From sequence record SRR31156797_2086: 36,797 nucleotides of DNA, one strand, 5' to 3'. This document shows positions 36,663 through 36,797 of the stretch, one piece after another (the stretch's first letter is position 1; every line of letters starts with the position of its first letter). Under the pieces are notes generated by a model. The model was not told the DNA's origin. It was given only the letters and a program-made list of their open reading frames with translations, and searched no databases. A program made the translations under genes and the position numbers.

Positions 36663-36670
36663 CAAATGTA
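36663..36670 (-). promoter_or_regulatory. -7 promoter box for rarD
   Basis: Minus-strand TACATTTG, 35 nt upstream of the rarD start. Confidence 0.6.
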
Positions 36671-36761
36671 GGAAAATAATACCGATTGGTATTGAAAGAG
36701 CCTGAAAGGCTCATATATTTTTTGCGGATTGGTTTGGTCCGATCGAAAGTGTATTGTTTTT

Positions 36762-36797
36762 GCCCTCAAGCCGGACGGGCTCTTCCTTTCTCCATTG
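36762..36797 (-). ncRNA. Probable 3' half of a 6S-Flavo-like (ssrS) RNA, truncated by window end
   Basis: Minus strand CAATGGAGAAAGGAAGAGCCCGTCCGGCTTGAGGGC: GC-rich non-coding island resembling, from memory, the 3' arm of Bacteroidota 6S-like RNAs; 5' arm lies outside window. Confidence 0.4.

Noticed and set aside
576..36769. Short antisense/alternate-frame ORFs in the track (e.g. 576-776, 1532-1759, 2802-3053, 4181-4441, 7942-8199, 24904-25209, 36434-36769)
   Set aside because: All overlap well-supported genes and have no recognisable motifs; treated as shadows.
1..36797. CRISPR array, tRNA/rRNA, transposase, prophage or recognisable known defence system
   Set aside because: No regularly spaced repeats, cloverleaf/rRNA-like sequence or diagnostic protein motifs seen by eye.

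Overview
AT-rich bacterial chromosomal window, almost certainly Bacteroidota. This rests on TAnnTTTG -7 promoter boxes, DUF3667/DUF3857/PorT-like proteins, a tricorn-type S41 protease and a TonB receptor; the style suggests a marine Marinifilaceae-like organism, which is an inference. About 38 CDSs; no tRNA, rRNA, CRISPR, transposase or integrase seen. Bases 1-8.1 kb are a co-oriented, accessory-looking run of short unrelated genes: serine hydrolase end, DDAH, coiled-coil-less FloA-like protein, porin, DUF3667, CPBP-like, tandem 109-aa membrane paralogues, GNAT and an orphan TIM barrel. That run also holds short flanking direct repeats, a probable gene scar and a structured non-coding element. 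Bases 8.3-17.5 kb encode exported proteolytic/peptide-bond enzymes: an active + inactive DUF3857/transglutaminase pair, an S41 tricorn-like protease and a C45 Ntn-hydrolase. The remainder is redox/regulatory and housekeeping genes (nitroreductase/HxlR, AraC/SnoaL lipoprotein, SIMPL, PlsC/patatin, TBDR, nfo, TauE, MarC, secreted MsrB, Crp-CAT-like operon with a perfect operator palindrome, orphan RR and HK, rarD). The window ends in the probable 3' half of a 6S-Flavo-like RNA. All calls come from motif recognition by eye; no database searches were run.
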